NCBI GenBank assembly: GCA_964016885.1
Contig: OZ024742.1
Span: 247,380,001 to 247,444,000 of the forward strand
Direction: 5' to 3'
Source: Eledone cirrhosa
Taxonomy: Eukaryota
DNA length: 64,000 nt
Position 1 is the stretch's first letter, and each line of letters begins with the position of its first letter. The notes beneath the pieces were generated by a model. It had not been told where the DNA came from. It was given only the letters and a program-made list of their open reading frames with translations, and did not search any database. Positions 25,290 through 39,000 of this stretch are shown piece by piece. Both the position numbers and the translations under genes were made by a program.

Positions 25290-26384
25290 TCAGGGCCCGG
25301 CACGCAAGCTCCAGCTGATGCGTGCGAACTAAGTGAATCTGGTTTGACGGAGTTCTGTGACATTATCTCCGGAATCAGACATGGTTGCATTCCCTCTCCG
25401 CTGTAGTTGCTGTTGGTAGCCGATTTCGTTCTAAGGCAAACAAATGAAGGACATGGTCGAGGAATTCCTTGGAGAGACCAGTCGAGGCTGAGCCACTTGG
25501 CATTTGCTGAAGACAGTGCAGATCTGCAGGCTCTAACAACATCCCTGGAAGAAAGGGCGGAAAAGATTGGCCTGAGAATCAAGACGAAAATGACCAAGGT
25601 GACGAGAACAGCCAATAACATGGGTCCACCTATCAGAGTCAACCAACAAGACCTGGAAGAAGTCAATCAATTCCCCTATCTGGGCTGTTCTCATCACCTT
25701 GCTCTCTTTGGTGTTGATTCTCAGGCCAATCTTTTCCGCCCTCCCTGCAGAGATGTTGTTAGAGCCTGCAGACCTGCACTGTCTTCAGTGAATGCCTGGT
25801 GGCTCATCCTCGAGTGGCATCCTGGCACGCAACGGTGACGTGGAGCTCGGCATCAACTGTCAGATCGGTGAAGGAGCCGCAGTTTTCCAACGGATGCGCC
25901 CTGTCTGGTCGTCTTCATGCATTAGCACCAGAATCAAGCTGCGCCTGTACAAGAGCAGCATGCTGCCGACAGTGATTTACGCGAACGAAACCTGGAAGAG
26001 CACAGCAAAGATAGAGAGACGGCTGAACGCTTTCCTCCAGCGGTGCCTGCGAATGACCCTTCGTGTGTCCTTGGCGCGACCGAGTGCCAAACGAGGAAAT
26101 CCTGCGGAGAGACGAGTCGTGGACGCTAGAGAGGATGGTCAAGGAGCACCTTTGCCTCTTGGCTGACCATATTCTGCACCTGTCCGACGAACAAGACCCC
26201 AAAACAGCAGTGAACTGAACTCCACCTGGCGGCAAACGAAGGCGATGAACGTTCCGAAAAGAGCTGATGGCAGCCAAAATCACTTGGCACGGACGCGAAA
26301 AACTTGCCGCTGATCGTGACCGTTGGCGACTGCTTACAGCTCGATACGCCGAACGGTACGGAAGAACCTAAGACTAAGACTAAG
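25290..26384 (+). pseudogene. RTE-clade LINE 3' fragment with internal inverted duplication and (ACTAAG)n tail
   Basis: GIRHGCIPSP, LAFAED, EEVNQFPYLG and IKLRLYKSSMLPTVIYANETW...RLNAFLQRCLR; ends cctaagactaagactaag. Confidence 0.85.
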
Positions 26385-26744
26385 TGTGTGTATTCAAAAC
26401 AGAAATAACAAAGCAAACGAGACAGTATAAGGAAGAAATATATGATTAGTTTTACACTTGATATAGCAGGAAAAGGCTCTTAACGTTTCGGACGGTAGTT
26501 CTTTATTTGAAAATAGAAGGAGAAATTAAATATGAAATAGAATGATAGAGGAGAATAGTTGGAAAAAAATAGTGGAGGAAAATGGTAGGGAGTCGTAGTA
26601 TATTGGTATAAAGCAAAAAGCAATCAGAAAATCCAATGATCCGAAAAGTGGAAATTCAGGAAGGGTCCGCTTCCAGGGTGAAAATACAATGTAGGATTCC
26701 AATTAATTTGAAGGTTCAAATTAATATCTAATGTCGGTCTTAAG

Positions 26745-27003
26745 CCAGAAGGCTCATTTGGTCGATGCTTATCCCAGTTTCATGGCGTGAATCGACTGAC
26801 AGTGCAAAACTCCCCGCTGGACAGGACGATAGTCCATCACAGGGTTAAATCCCCAGCTATTGCTGGTACCTATTTTCAACTGAGTATACTGGAGCAACGT
26901 GAAATGAAGTGTTTTGATCAAGTACACAACACGCAACCCAGGAATCGAACCCACGACATTATGATCATAAGACCAATACCCTTATCCCTAGGCCACGTGC
27001 CTC
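26745..27003 (-). mobile_element. tRNA-derived SINE of a second family (CORE-like central domain)
   Basis: Reverse complement head gaggcacgtggcctagggataagg (A box) ... gggttcgattcc (B box), then gttgtgtacttgatcaaaacacttcatttcacgttgctccagt (CORE-like). Confidence 0.75.
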
Positions 27004-27104
27004 ACTCAAATTAATACAGTTCTAACATAATACTACATATGTATGCATATGTACGTATTCTAAAATGTACTGAATTTTCACGAACACACACATACACACA
27101 CGCA

Positions 27105-27260
<156 letters not shown>

Positions 27261-27662
27261 TTTGAAGATATAACAGATATCCATACATATATCCCTGTTC
27301 TGAAAGATACTAGAAATGCATACATATTCGCCTAATCTATATCATAGTAGATTTCCAGACACATTCTAACACACTAGATTTTCATACATTCAGCCCTATT
27401 CTAAGATATACTGGATTTCCATATATATAGCATATATGCTTATTCTAAACATACCAGTTTTCTACAGATTTACTCTATAACTTAACAAAAAAACAAATAC
27501 ACCAGACAATATAACACATGATAAGACTACAATACAATGGTTTCTGACAATGAATCAAATTTAATCAAACTATAGAAAAACAAATGCTGTGTGTTTTAAA
27601 GACGTTGATAGATATACTCATACATACATACACATACACACATATATATATACGTGTATAAA

Positions 27663-27727
<65 letters not shown>

Positions 27728-27979
27728 GCAAACACGCACACACACACGCACACACACACACCCACATACAAACACACACACACACACATATATATATACA
27801 TATATGCATGAATACACAGATGTATACTCGGTATATACCGACCGTAGAAATAATATTGCAGTACATATAGCTATAATTTCCCCGATACTCGGTAAATGAG
27901 GAAGCCATTTTAAGAATCAAAATCAGTAATTTAATTACATATACAAAAAAAACACGTACACACACTCACGCACACATAT

Positions 27980-28108
27980 ATGTTGTTGTACATATATATA
28001 AAAAAATATATATATATAAATATATATATAAATATATATATACACACATATATATATATATATATATAAATACATATATATATATATATATATATAAATA
28101 TATATATA

Positions 28109-28148
<40 letters not shown>

Positions 28149-28207
28149 TATACATGTACAACAACATATTTATGTTTTTTGTATACGTAATATATAGATA
28201 TATATAA

Positions 28208-28286
<79 letters not shown>

Positions 28287-28647
28287 CTATACATATAATC
28301 TATATGGATTTGTAAACACAAAAGACACATACCACACACACACAAACACACACACAAACATATATATTTATGTATTTAGATACATGTTCAAGCTTGCATA
28401 GTGTAGAATGTATACGCATTTTATAACCAGAGGAATATAATTAAACAGCAGTAATATATTCCTATATGTATTTTATGAGTGTATACAATCCTACATATGT
28501 TTTATGAGAAAATATTTTCGACAAATTGTAAACATAAGTGGTTACACATATTTCGTCTTTCTCAGACATAAATATATATGTACACGCGCTCAAACGTACA
28601 TGCACAAGCAAAACCCAAGCACAAACACATATATACATGCCAGCGTG

Positions 28648-28680
<33 letters not shown>

Positions 28681-28773
28681 ATGCATGTAAATGTATATAT
28701 GCATATAAACATATATGTGTATATATATATATATATATACACATATATACACATATATATATACATGTATATG

Positions 28774-28841
<68 letters not shown>

Positions 28842-28843
28842 GA

Positions 28844-28927
<84 letters not shown>

Positions 28928-28967
28928 TGTCTATATGCATATATACATTTACATGCATATATATATA

Positions 28968-29000
<33 letters not shown>

Positions 29001-29038
29001 ATATATATATGCATGTAAATGTATATATGCATATAAAC

Positions 29039-29085
<47 letters not shown>

Positions 29086-29121
29086 TCTATATATATATAT
29101 ATATATATATATGTCTGTGTG

Positions 29122-29176
<55 letters not shown>

Positions 29177-29243
29177 ATATATATGTGTATATATGTATAT
29201 ATATATATATATATGTATAAATATGTATCTATATGTATATATA

Positions 29244-29290
<47 letters not shown>

Positions 29291-29297
29291 GTATATA

Positions 29298-29374
<77 letters not shown>

Positions 29375-29610
29375 ATATATATTTTCATATAATTATATAT
29401 ATATATATATAGAGAGAGTAATAATATATGTGTGTGTATCTGTGTGCATTTATGTTTGTTTGGGTATATAGTTAATAAATTGCCTGTATGATTTCTCTTG
29501 TATTTGTGCGCGTGTTCGTTTGACTGTGTGTCACTGTATGTATGTATGCATGTATGTATACACACACACACACATATATATATATGTGTGTGTATATGTG
29601 TGTGTGTACA
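27980..29610. repeat. Large compound (TA)n/(CA)n microsatellite field
   Basis: About 1.6 kb dominated by TA runs with interspersed CA/TG. Confidence 0.95.
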
Positions 29611-29729
29611 GTTATGTAGAGTGTATTATATTTAGAAACACGACACAATAGCGAGTGTCACAAACAATTACATAGCTACGTGTCAGGTAATTACAACTTT
29701 TATAATTCCTAGCAACTTTTTTGACAGTT

Positions 29730-30099
29730 ACAACAAGAACAGCTACAACAACAGAAACAAATACAACAAGCACCAATAACAACAATAACAACAACAATAA
29801 CAGCAATAGTAATAACAGACACAACTACAATAGCAAATGAGAATAGCAATATCAACTAAAACAATTACAACTGCAGCAGGAACAATGACAACAATAACAA
29901 CAAGAGCAACAATATCAACGACAACAACAACAACGACAACAGCATAAACATCAACAACAGCAACGACAATAACAACAAGAGCAACACCATCAACGAAAAC
30001 AACCACACCAACAACAGCAACAAGATCATCGACAACAACAACAGCAACAGCAACAGCACCAAGGACAACAACAACAACAACAGCATAAACATCAACGTC

Positions 30100-30151
<52 letters not shown>

Positions 30152-30307
30152 GCAACAATAACAACAAGAGCAATACCATCAACGACAACAACAAAAATAA
30201 CAACAGCATCAACAACATCAACAAAAATAACAACAGCAACAACAGCAACAACAATAACAACAAGAGCAACAATAACAACAACAATAACAACAAGAACAAC
30301 AACAATG

Positions 30308-30338
<31 letters not shown>

Positions 30339-30916
30339 TAACAACAACAGCAACAATAACAACAACAATAACAACAACAGCAACAATAACAACAATAACA
30401 ACAACAATAACAACAACAGCAACAATAACAACAACAATAACAACAACATCAACGACAAAAACAACAACAACAGCAACAACAATAACAACAACAGCAACAA
30501 TAACAACAACAATAACAACAACAGCAACAATAACAACAATAACAGCAACACCAATAACAACATCAACGACAACAACAACAACAACAACAGCAACAAGAAT
30601 AACAACAACAGCAACAACAATATCAACAACAACAACATCAACGACAACTACTACTACAACAACTACTACTACAACAACAGCTTCTACTACTACTACTACA
30701 ACAACAGCTTCTACTACTACTACTACAACAACAACAACAACTACTACTACTACTACTACTACTACAACAACTACTACTACAACAACTACTACTACAACAA
30801 CTACTACTACTACAACTACTAATACAACAACTACTAATACAACAACTACTACTACAACAACTAATACTACTACTACTACAACAACTACTACTACTACTAC
30901 TACTGCTACAACAACA

Positions 30917-30957
<41 letters not shown>

Positions 30958-30997
30958 TACTACTACTACTATTACCGCCACCACCACCACCACCACC

Positions 30998-31095
<98 letters not shown>

Positions 31096-31190
31096 AGCAG
31101 CAACACCAATATCAAACAGTATAACAACAATAACAACAGCAATATCAACAGAAATAACAACGACAGTAGTTAGAAAGCTAATTAGTCAAT
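29730..31190. repeat. Compound degenerate trinucleotide repeat (AAC)n/(ACT)n/(ACC)n
   Basis: About 1.45 kb of aac/aat/agc/act triplets, producing poly-T, poly-V and poly-L pseudo-ORFs. Confidence 0.95.
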
Positions 31191-31337
31191 AACGTAACAA
31201 GACTTTAACATTAACCACAATAACAAGAAAAGATACTGTTACAAACCTATATATTATAAATATTAACAATTTTAATCATATGGTGCAATATACACAACAA
31301 TTACAACAACAACAACAACAATAATAATAATAATAAT

Positions 31338-31392
31338 TGTTTCTACTTTTGGCACAAGGCCAGCAAATACTCAGTGTATTACTGGTACTTTA
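31338..31392 (-). mobile_element. SINE 3' tail fragment fused to a Tx1 3' UTR
   Basis: Reverse complement taaagtaccagtaatacactgagtatttgctggccttgtgccaaaagtagaaacaa followed by (TTA)n. Confidence 0.8.
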
Positions 31393-32986
31393 CAGGACGG
31401 TACGAATGTGCATTTCTGCGTTTAACCCCCCCCCCAAAAAAAAAAAAAAACAGAGGATGTAGCAAAAAAAGAAACAATGAAAAATTCCCCAATAGGGGGG
31501 AGACTTCCGAGGGGCATTCGTGGAGAAAGCCCATTAAAAAGGCCACGGTGACTATGACCACCAGGGAAAGTGCCCTATCCTGTTTTCCACCTTCAATTTA
31601 CAGGCACATACTCAGAGTCATTCTTGTTTCTCTCACCCATCTTTCAACAAAATGGATTCCTTCACCACAAACGACACACCTAGGCTTTCTACCCGCAACG
31701 ATTACGGTGAAGTGGCTGCCGTCAATGACGTTTATCACCTCTGGAATTTCCTCAATGATTTTTGGTCCGCTTGGATCAGGAGCTCCATCCCAGATCCGGA
31801 CCAGTTCTCCTGCTTTTCTTTTGTTCGATTATGTTCGTGTTAGCCTCGATGCCGGCGAGGACGGCAGCCATTAGCCAGGGAATTTCGATGGCCGGTGGAA
31901 CGTGGGTCACCCTGATATTCACGAGTCTGACTACAATAGCTTGGGACGAGTGTGAAGTTGTCATTTCTTAATGGGGCCATGGAGTGCTCTCAGGCTTCCT
32001 GTGGTGTTCCAAAGAACACGTCCACAGTTCCATATTTCTGCCCACCTCTGATGTGTGTTTTTTTCGCCCACACATGTTCCAAAGCTTTTTGTCTTTGGGA
32101 CTCGGATGCCCGTTCCACTCGGCGTGATTTTGTGTTTATCGTCCGATATGACACGGTGCATAGGCACCGATGCTTCATTTTATTATGTGGGGTGGGTGGG
32201 GTGGGGGCTGACCCTGTATTCATCTTTTTTTGCCATTCGCTTGGCTTCATTTAATTCATCCTGGTTTACCTCGATTGTTTCGCTTTTCTTAGCTGCTTTG
32301 GCAAACGACACATTTTGTTTTGCGGTGGTGTTGATGTTGTTGTTATTCTCATTGTTGTTGTTGCTGTTGTTGTTATTGTTATTTTTAGTTTCAGTTGTGG
32401 TGGAGGTGGTGGTGGTGTCAGTGGTGTTCGGCGTTGAAGAGTCGATTCAGGGTGAATCCATTTCGACGTAAAGAGATAATAATTTATTTTGGGGGGTTTC
32501 TGTTGTCACTGTGGTAGTGGTGGTGGTGGTGTTAGTCGTGTTCGTTGTTCTTTTTGACATTGTGGTGGTGGGGGTGGCGGCGATAACACCTGCAGTTATT
32601 GGTAATGGCGGGAAATTCATGTCTTTATGCGGAAAATCTAAATAAATTCAGACTGCTATTAATTAAATTTTCAGTGTTGGCGACCGTAGCAAGGCTTACA
32701 ATGGTGTTGGTGTTGGTGCTGGTGGGGAGATGGGTGTTGGTCTGTTAAAAACAGTAAATTTGTCGTATATGTTTTATTTTTCAAAAAAATATTTTGTTTG
32801 ATAAATAAAAAGTTTAAGTTTTGGGCTCAAGGCCCCAATAATTTTTGTGGTCTTTTCAGAAAGCAATATATGTGAACTTATAAACACTTAACAACAAACA
32901 TTTTCGATAACTGCCAATTTGAAACAACTGAAAACATCAAACCTTTACGGAGCTCATGATAATACGATTTCCTACGTAGGTCACCA
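31393..32986 (-). mobile_element. Internally deleted Tx1 derivative: 5' UTR and ORF1 joined to the last codons of ORF2 and the 3' UTR
   Basis: ORF1-like TVSYRTINTKSRR...QKYGTVDV and VPPAIEIPWL. The knuckle GRKPRCVVCGEGIH runs directly into HFVERWVRE (ORF2 end) at about 31650. 3' UTR matches 33120-33380. Confidence 0.8.
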
Positions 32987-32991
32987 ATAAA

Positions 32992-33054
<63 letters not shown>
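32987..33054. repeat. (TAA)n microsatellite separating two tandem Tx1 copies
   Basis: About 21 AAT units. Confidence 0.95.
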
Positions 33055-33055
<1 letters not shown>

Positions 33056-36000
33056 CTTTCTTTATTAACAACAAGGGTTTACATAAAGTAGACATTAAGG
33101 ACAGTACAGGACAAAACAGGACGGTACAAATGGGCATTTCTGCGTGTAAAAAAACCCAGAGGATGTAATAAAAAAATAACAATGGAAAATTCCCCAATAG
33201 GGAGGGGGGAGATTTTACGAGGGACATTTGTGGAGAAAGCCCATTAAAGGGCCACAGTGACCCTGACCACCAGGGCAAGTGCCCTCTCCCAGTTTTCCAC
33301 CTTTAATTTACAGACACATACTCAGAGTAGGCCCATTCACTCGGGCCATACTTGCTTCTCTCACCCATCTTTCAACAAAATGCTGGGAAGAGAGCACTTC
33401 CCTCTCTACCCTGGTTTTCCTTTTCAAATGAAATTTGAAAAAGTTAATCAGGGCTTCACCGAAGAGGTAAGTGCTCGTCTTCAGCCCTTTCAAACGTGTC
33501 CACCATACTATCTCTTTCGCCATGGCCACCAGACAGATAAAAACTGCCTGCACTTCCCGGCTAAAGGAAGAGGGCGGGGCAATCCTCACGATGGACTCAG
33601 CTGATAGCTGGATCCGTACTACACGTGACAGCAGGTGTTCAACATAAACCCACAAGTCAGCAATGCTCGGACACTAGACGAGTGCGTGCAGGACGGTTTT
33701 GTCGCCCTGCGCGCATCTCGGACATGCCCGGCTGACGGCACCTCCATGCCTGTAGAGTTTATCCCGAACTGGCAAAGCTCCCCGGTAGCACTGCCAGGCC
33801 AGGGGTTTCTGGAAGTTGTCCATAGGCCCCGGCCCGAAAGTCCTTCCGAAGAGATTGGCTAGTTGATTTTCGTCGACGCCTAGAGTTTCTCCAAGTACGT
33901 CGTCGCTCTTCCCCTCCACTAATGCTGTATAGAACGCCAAGGTGGAGTTTCCACCGATCACATTGCCCGATTGGACGAGGGCTATGAGCGCCTGAAGACA
34001 TTCCAGTCTCCAAGCACTCCCTCTCGGTCTTCGCTTGACCCAGGACTGCAGCTCCGTCAAGGAGACGAGCTGGAGAAAGACGTGTCTAGCAAACGGCGAC
34101 CACACCGTCAAGGAAGAGGTGGAGATGTCGTAGCCTGAGCGTGTGTCTGCAAATCATCAGCAACGACATGCCCATCCCTCCACGTAGCGGGTGTTGACAG
34201 CAGATGGATCGCCTGACCATCGGAGCGCGTCCCTTCCACAAAAAGCGAAAGACAAACGCTCCAGCGCAGTCAGGCGGGGCTTAGGACAAGGTACGACGGT
34301 CAGGCGGTAGTAGATGACGGACGCGATGTACGCGTTAGCCACCTCCGCTCGACCTTTCAAGGATAGCTTCCTCTCGGCCCATTTCTGGGTGAGAGAAGCC
34401 ACCCTGCTCGTCACCTCGTCCCAGTTTTTGTCCGTCTGGAGGTCCGGACCAAACCAGACCCCTAGCAATTTAACCGGTCCGTCCGTCCAGCGCCCGATGA
34501 CGTTGTTGGACGGCATGGACCTGCCTCTCCAGGTGCCGAGCTGCAGGCCCACTGACTTTTCCTGGTTGATCATTGCTCCTGTCACCGCTTCGTATTCTCT
34601 TAGTGTAGTGCCGATCGCCTCGATGTGTTTGGTATTCGACACCACTACGGTGACATCGTCCGCATATGCTGACACGGATCTTCCGCATCCTAGTTCACGT
34701 GGGAACCCCCTCAACGTCTCCAGTTTGTGCAGTAATGGCTCGAGAGTCAATACGTACAAGAGGGACGAGAGGGGACATCCTTGGCGGACCGAGCGCATGA
34801 TTTTTAACGGTTCCGAAAGGTGACCGTTCACTCTCTCCACAGAGCAGATGTCGCTGTGCATGGCAGCGATCCAGCCTCTGAAGACGGGCCCAAAGCCAGC
34901 CGCCCTCAGGAATGCTGCTAGGTAACGATGGTTGACCCTAACGACAGCTTTCGACTGATCTAAATTGATCAAGGACCCACCCGTGCCAGATTCCCTAGCT
35001 ACCCTCTCCACGATGTATCGCATGAGGTGGAGGTTGTCGTGGATGGATCTATTTGGAATGGCGCATGTTTGCGCCTCTCCCACCAGACCACCAACGACAA
35101 GCCCCAACTTCTTTGCTAGCACCTTGGCCAAAATCTTGTAGACGTCCGCCAAGTCGACGTCCGCCAAGAGGCTTTCGAACAAGTCTGGCATCTGTACGTA
35201 AAGTTCATAGGGCAGACCATCCAAACCAGGCGATTTACCCCTTGTGCAGCCAGTCATTTCCTCCCGTACTTCAGCGGCTGTTATCGGCTTTTCGCAATAC
35301 TCCGCCTCAGTGGTCGAGAGCCGAGGCAGTCCGTCGAGGTAGACACTAAAGTCCATCCCTCGACCGGGTCCGCCGCTGCCCTCGAACAGCTGAGCGAACT
35401 GTCGCTGAAAAGCTTCACACATTTGCCCGGGATCGAGTAGCATGCGCCCGTCGTGGTCCACCAAAGACCGGATCGTGGCTTTGTTCCCACGACGCGCCTC
35501 CGCCACCCGGACCCATTGAACGGCTTTCATCCCCTCTTGTCTGAGAGCACGCACCCTAGCTCTGACAACGCAGCCTTCGTGCTTTGCATTGAAGAATTGG
35601 TCAAGGGCCAATTTCGCCGCAAGTACGTCGGTCGCGATGCCTTTGCTAAGCGCCTCGTCTAATTTTCTAATTAGTTCTCCCTCTCCTCTATTTTTCTCTA
35701 TTGCTAAAGCCTTACTAAACCTAATGGACTATATTCTAATCGCTCTTTTCAGAGCATACCGCCACTTGTTGTTGACGATGGCCTGCGTCAACGCCCGCTT
35801 AACTAGTTCGCTAATCCGGTCTCTGTAGGCCACCTTTCTAAAAGCACCACCTTCACTAACGTTCATATCCAGGACCACCAACTTACCGTCCGACTCCCGG
35901 AAGATCGAGATTACCTAGAGCTCCTGGCCTTTCCTAAATAGCACTGCCACCCCACCTCCCATCCCCGACCGAGTTACAGATGCGAAGATCTGATAGTCGT

Positions 36001-38230
36001 CGAAAAAGGGGGCGTGTCGGAAATCCTGGTCTCGTTGACAGCAATTACATCCATTTCTAGAGACCTCAGGCCATTGAGCAGGGGACCCTGCTTCCAGGGC
36101 GACCCCTGGCCTCGAACATTTAAACTTCCTACTCTTCATATGGCCATGTTGACATGCTAAAAGAGAGAGGAAAGGTTTACTTACCTCCAGGGGATTTGTG
36201 ATGATCGGATTGTGGGGTTTCTTTTGGGAACCCCTTTAAAGGTCAGGATGAGGGATTTACGTTCGGCGTTCCCACGTGCCGATGAATGCTGTCTCAATCC
36301 CTTTGTAGAAATCGAGCGATATTCGCACAAGAAACAAATCTTCCAGCACGCGAAATGTTCTCGATTAAAAAATCTTCCTCTCTGTTTGTATTTCTTTACG
36401 TGCTACGAGGGCCATACATTCCTTGTTGGCCCTTCTGACAAGCCCGAAGTTTTGTATGTTTTGTTGGTACGATTTTATTTGTTTGCGTGACTGTGGTGGT
36501 GATGGTTTTGATGGTGTTGTTTCGGTTGTGTTTGTGTTTGTTGTGTTACGGTCTCTGTGGTTTCAGATGTTTGTGTGTGTATTTGTTCTTGCGCCCGTTT
36601 ATGTTGTTTGCGTTTGGGGGATTCTGGCGATGGTGATGGTATTGGTGGTGTTGATGTTGGCGTTGTTGGGGAGATGTTTCCGTGGGTCATGCCTGCATTT
36701 TTTATTGTGGGTGTTTTTCTGCTTTGTGGAGTTTTTTTCTTTGTGTGTTTTCTTTTTTGCTTTTTGGGGGATTTTGGTTGTCCCTCATCTTCACTACTGG
36801 AAGATGAGGGGTCTGTGTCTGTGTCTGTGTCTGTGTGTGTGTGTATGTTTTTATTCATGTTAATTTTGGAGGAAGGGAGGGGGAATTTGAAAACTTTCCT
36901 CGTTTCCCCCCTGGGTGGTCAATGTTGGTGGTGCTGCTTCTATTGGTGTTGTTGCTGGAGTTTTTGCCGGTGCGAGTGTGTGTGGTGAGCCGCGCCCCGG
37001 CAACGACAGCAGCGGAGCCCTTCCACCACTTGCATCTTTCAGCAGTTGAGGGCAGAATGCTTGCAAATGGGTTTTTTCTCCGAAAATAAAACAATGCGGC
37101 CCTCACCCTCAGTCATCTTATGTATTACCGTCCCGTTCTGAACACGGATGTAGTTCGGGATTGTGTTTACATTTTCCGGCCTGATCTGGAGAAGTATCTC
37201 CAGGGTCAACGCCGGACCTGTCCTCTCTAGCAGTCCTTGTAACCCCTATCTGGACGGTATCCGTCCCCTCCACAATCACACATCACAGGAGCCACCACAT
37301 ATCAAAACCTGGTGGGATCCTGGCGGAGACGAACTGTTTTTTATCCCATGTGCGAGGAGTACAATATGACCTTGCTGGTTTTGCAAGGGATCATTGCATG
37401 TTTAATAGCGAGGGCTTCTGACTTCTGCCCCTCCCTCTGTATTCGGTGTCATCCCCGAGGCACCATAGTGCGGCTTCAACATCTGCCTGTGCAATTAAAA
37501 CCGCCCTCTTTGTTTCTGCTGAGATGCATCCGTAATGCACAGTTCTGCGCTCTACTGCTTCAATAGCTTCTACCGGGACAGTTAAGTTGGCCCAGGTTTG
37601 CTCTTGCTTGATGAGCTTCCAGGCCTGGACCAACTTTTCATCTTTATTCGAGATATCCATGCTGAAGGATTGGGCTCTTTTTTGCTGCTGCTGCAGCGAA
37701 AATGTTCATGTTGTTGTTGGCGCTGTTTGTGTTGTCGTTGTTGTTGTTGTCGTTGTTCTTGGTGTTGTCGCTGTCATCATTGTTGCAGTTGGTTATAATT
37801 TGGTGCCACCATTTTTGTTCTCGGTGCAATTGGTATTGGTGCTGTCGCTTTTATGCTCTTGTTACTGGTGTTAATTTCGTCGTTGTCATTATTTATGTTG
37901 TCTGTCTTTGGGTTGTCGCTGTTACTGCTGTGGTTGGTGTTGTTTTTTTTAAGCTTATTGTTTTCACTATTGGTGTTGCTGCTGTGATTTTGCTCCCGTG
38001 GAGGACATTTTACGCCAGCCCCATAACCATTGGTTATTTTTGTGTGCGTATAAAGGATAATTTATTCAAGAAAATAAAGCATACATGATGGTCCAAATTT
38101 CTTAATAATTATTAAATAACAAATGAAGAATTAAGGAAAAAGAAAAAAACAAATAATTAAATAACGAAAGAAAGGGGTGCGGACATAAACTATACCCCAG
38201 TCTGAGCGGTGATTTCGCTGCACCCCACAA
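33055..38230 (-). mobile_element. Tx1 copy 4 (near full length, degenerate, probably chimeric); 5' boundary approximate
   Basis: RT ORF 34157..35611 (PGLDG, DQSKA, RQGCPLS, AYADD). C-terminal ORFs 33674 and 33308. EN start RVGSLNVRG at about 36110-36147. ORF1 remnants with PHCFI.GEKTHLQAFC knuckle at about 37050-37100. Confidence 0.9.
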
Positions 38231-38289
38231 ACAAAATTGCAAAGGCATTGTGATGAAGAATGGCTAGTGACACTCGCTGTAACACTGAC

Positions 38290-38420
38290 CACACCTCAAG
38301 GTTCTTATGCGGGCCCCTTTCTTTCCGATATTACGGATGAAATCAGCAGTACGGGGACCGAGTGCACCTAACATCTTGACGTTGACCGGTACGAAAATGA
38401 AGGGTGTGGTAGAAATAACT
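38290..38420 (-). pseudogene. Short fragment resembling the restriction-like endonuclease of CRE-type LINEs
   Basis: FIFVPVNVKMLGALGPRTADFIRNIGKK resembles the F.P.A.ET.G..G..A..F...LG motif. Confidence 0.4.
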
Positions 38421-39000
38421 GCGAGACCTGAATCAATGGAACGATACAGCACCAAGAAAATAATATCAATGAAAGAGTAGAGCGACAGGGTGAGGCAGAA
38501 ATAATTAGATTCTGCTCCCAGCAACAAGAAGAATAACGTCAACTTCAATTGACTTCACCCCTAAACACAGAAAGAGAAATGTGAACAGCAACACAAATAA
38601 TGAAAAAACTTCATTTAAAACAACCTATGTAAGAAATATAATATTGTATTTAGCTAAAGAAAACACATATATGTTTAAAAAATAAAAGAAGGAAAAACTA
38701 TTAAACAGGAAAATATTTAGAGCAAAATAAAATACAATCTATAGCCAATAACTTGCTTGGTTTCACATAACTGTATTAAGCCAGATTGCGATTTAAGAGC
38801 GCTTCAAAAGTTCTGGGATAGAAACAAAATCAGGAGGCTTCATTTTAGCTGTATGAAATAACTACAATAATATACTCCAAAAAATATTACTGAATGTAGT
38901 TGTCAACATGATTTGTTGTTGCTGGTCCAGCTTTAGATACGGAGAAAAAAAGAATGTATTACTAGGATGCAATTTTATATTTTATCATTAGAACCGTTTT

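Noticed and set aside
29743-31192. Long poly-Thr (295 aa), poly-Val (418 aa) and poly-Leu (260 aa) ORFs suggesting a mucin or membrane protein
   Set aside because: Open frames follow automatically from (AAC)n/(ACT)n repeats on both strands; there is no signal peptide, Ser/Pro mix or other exon evidence.
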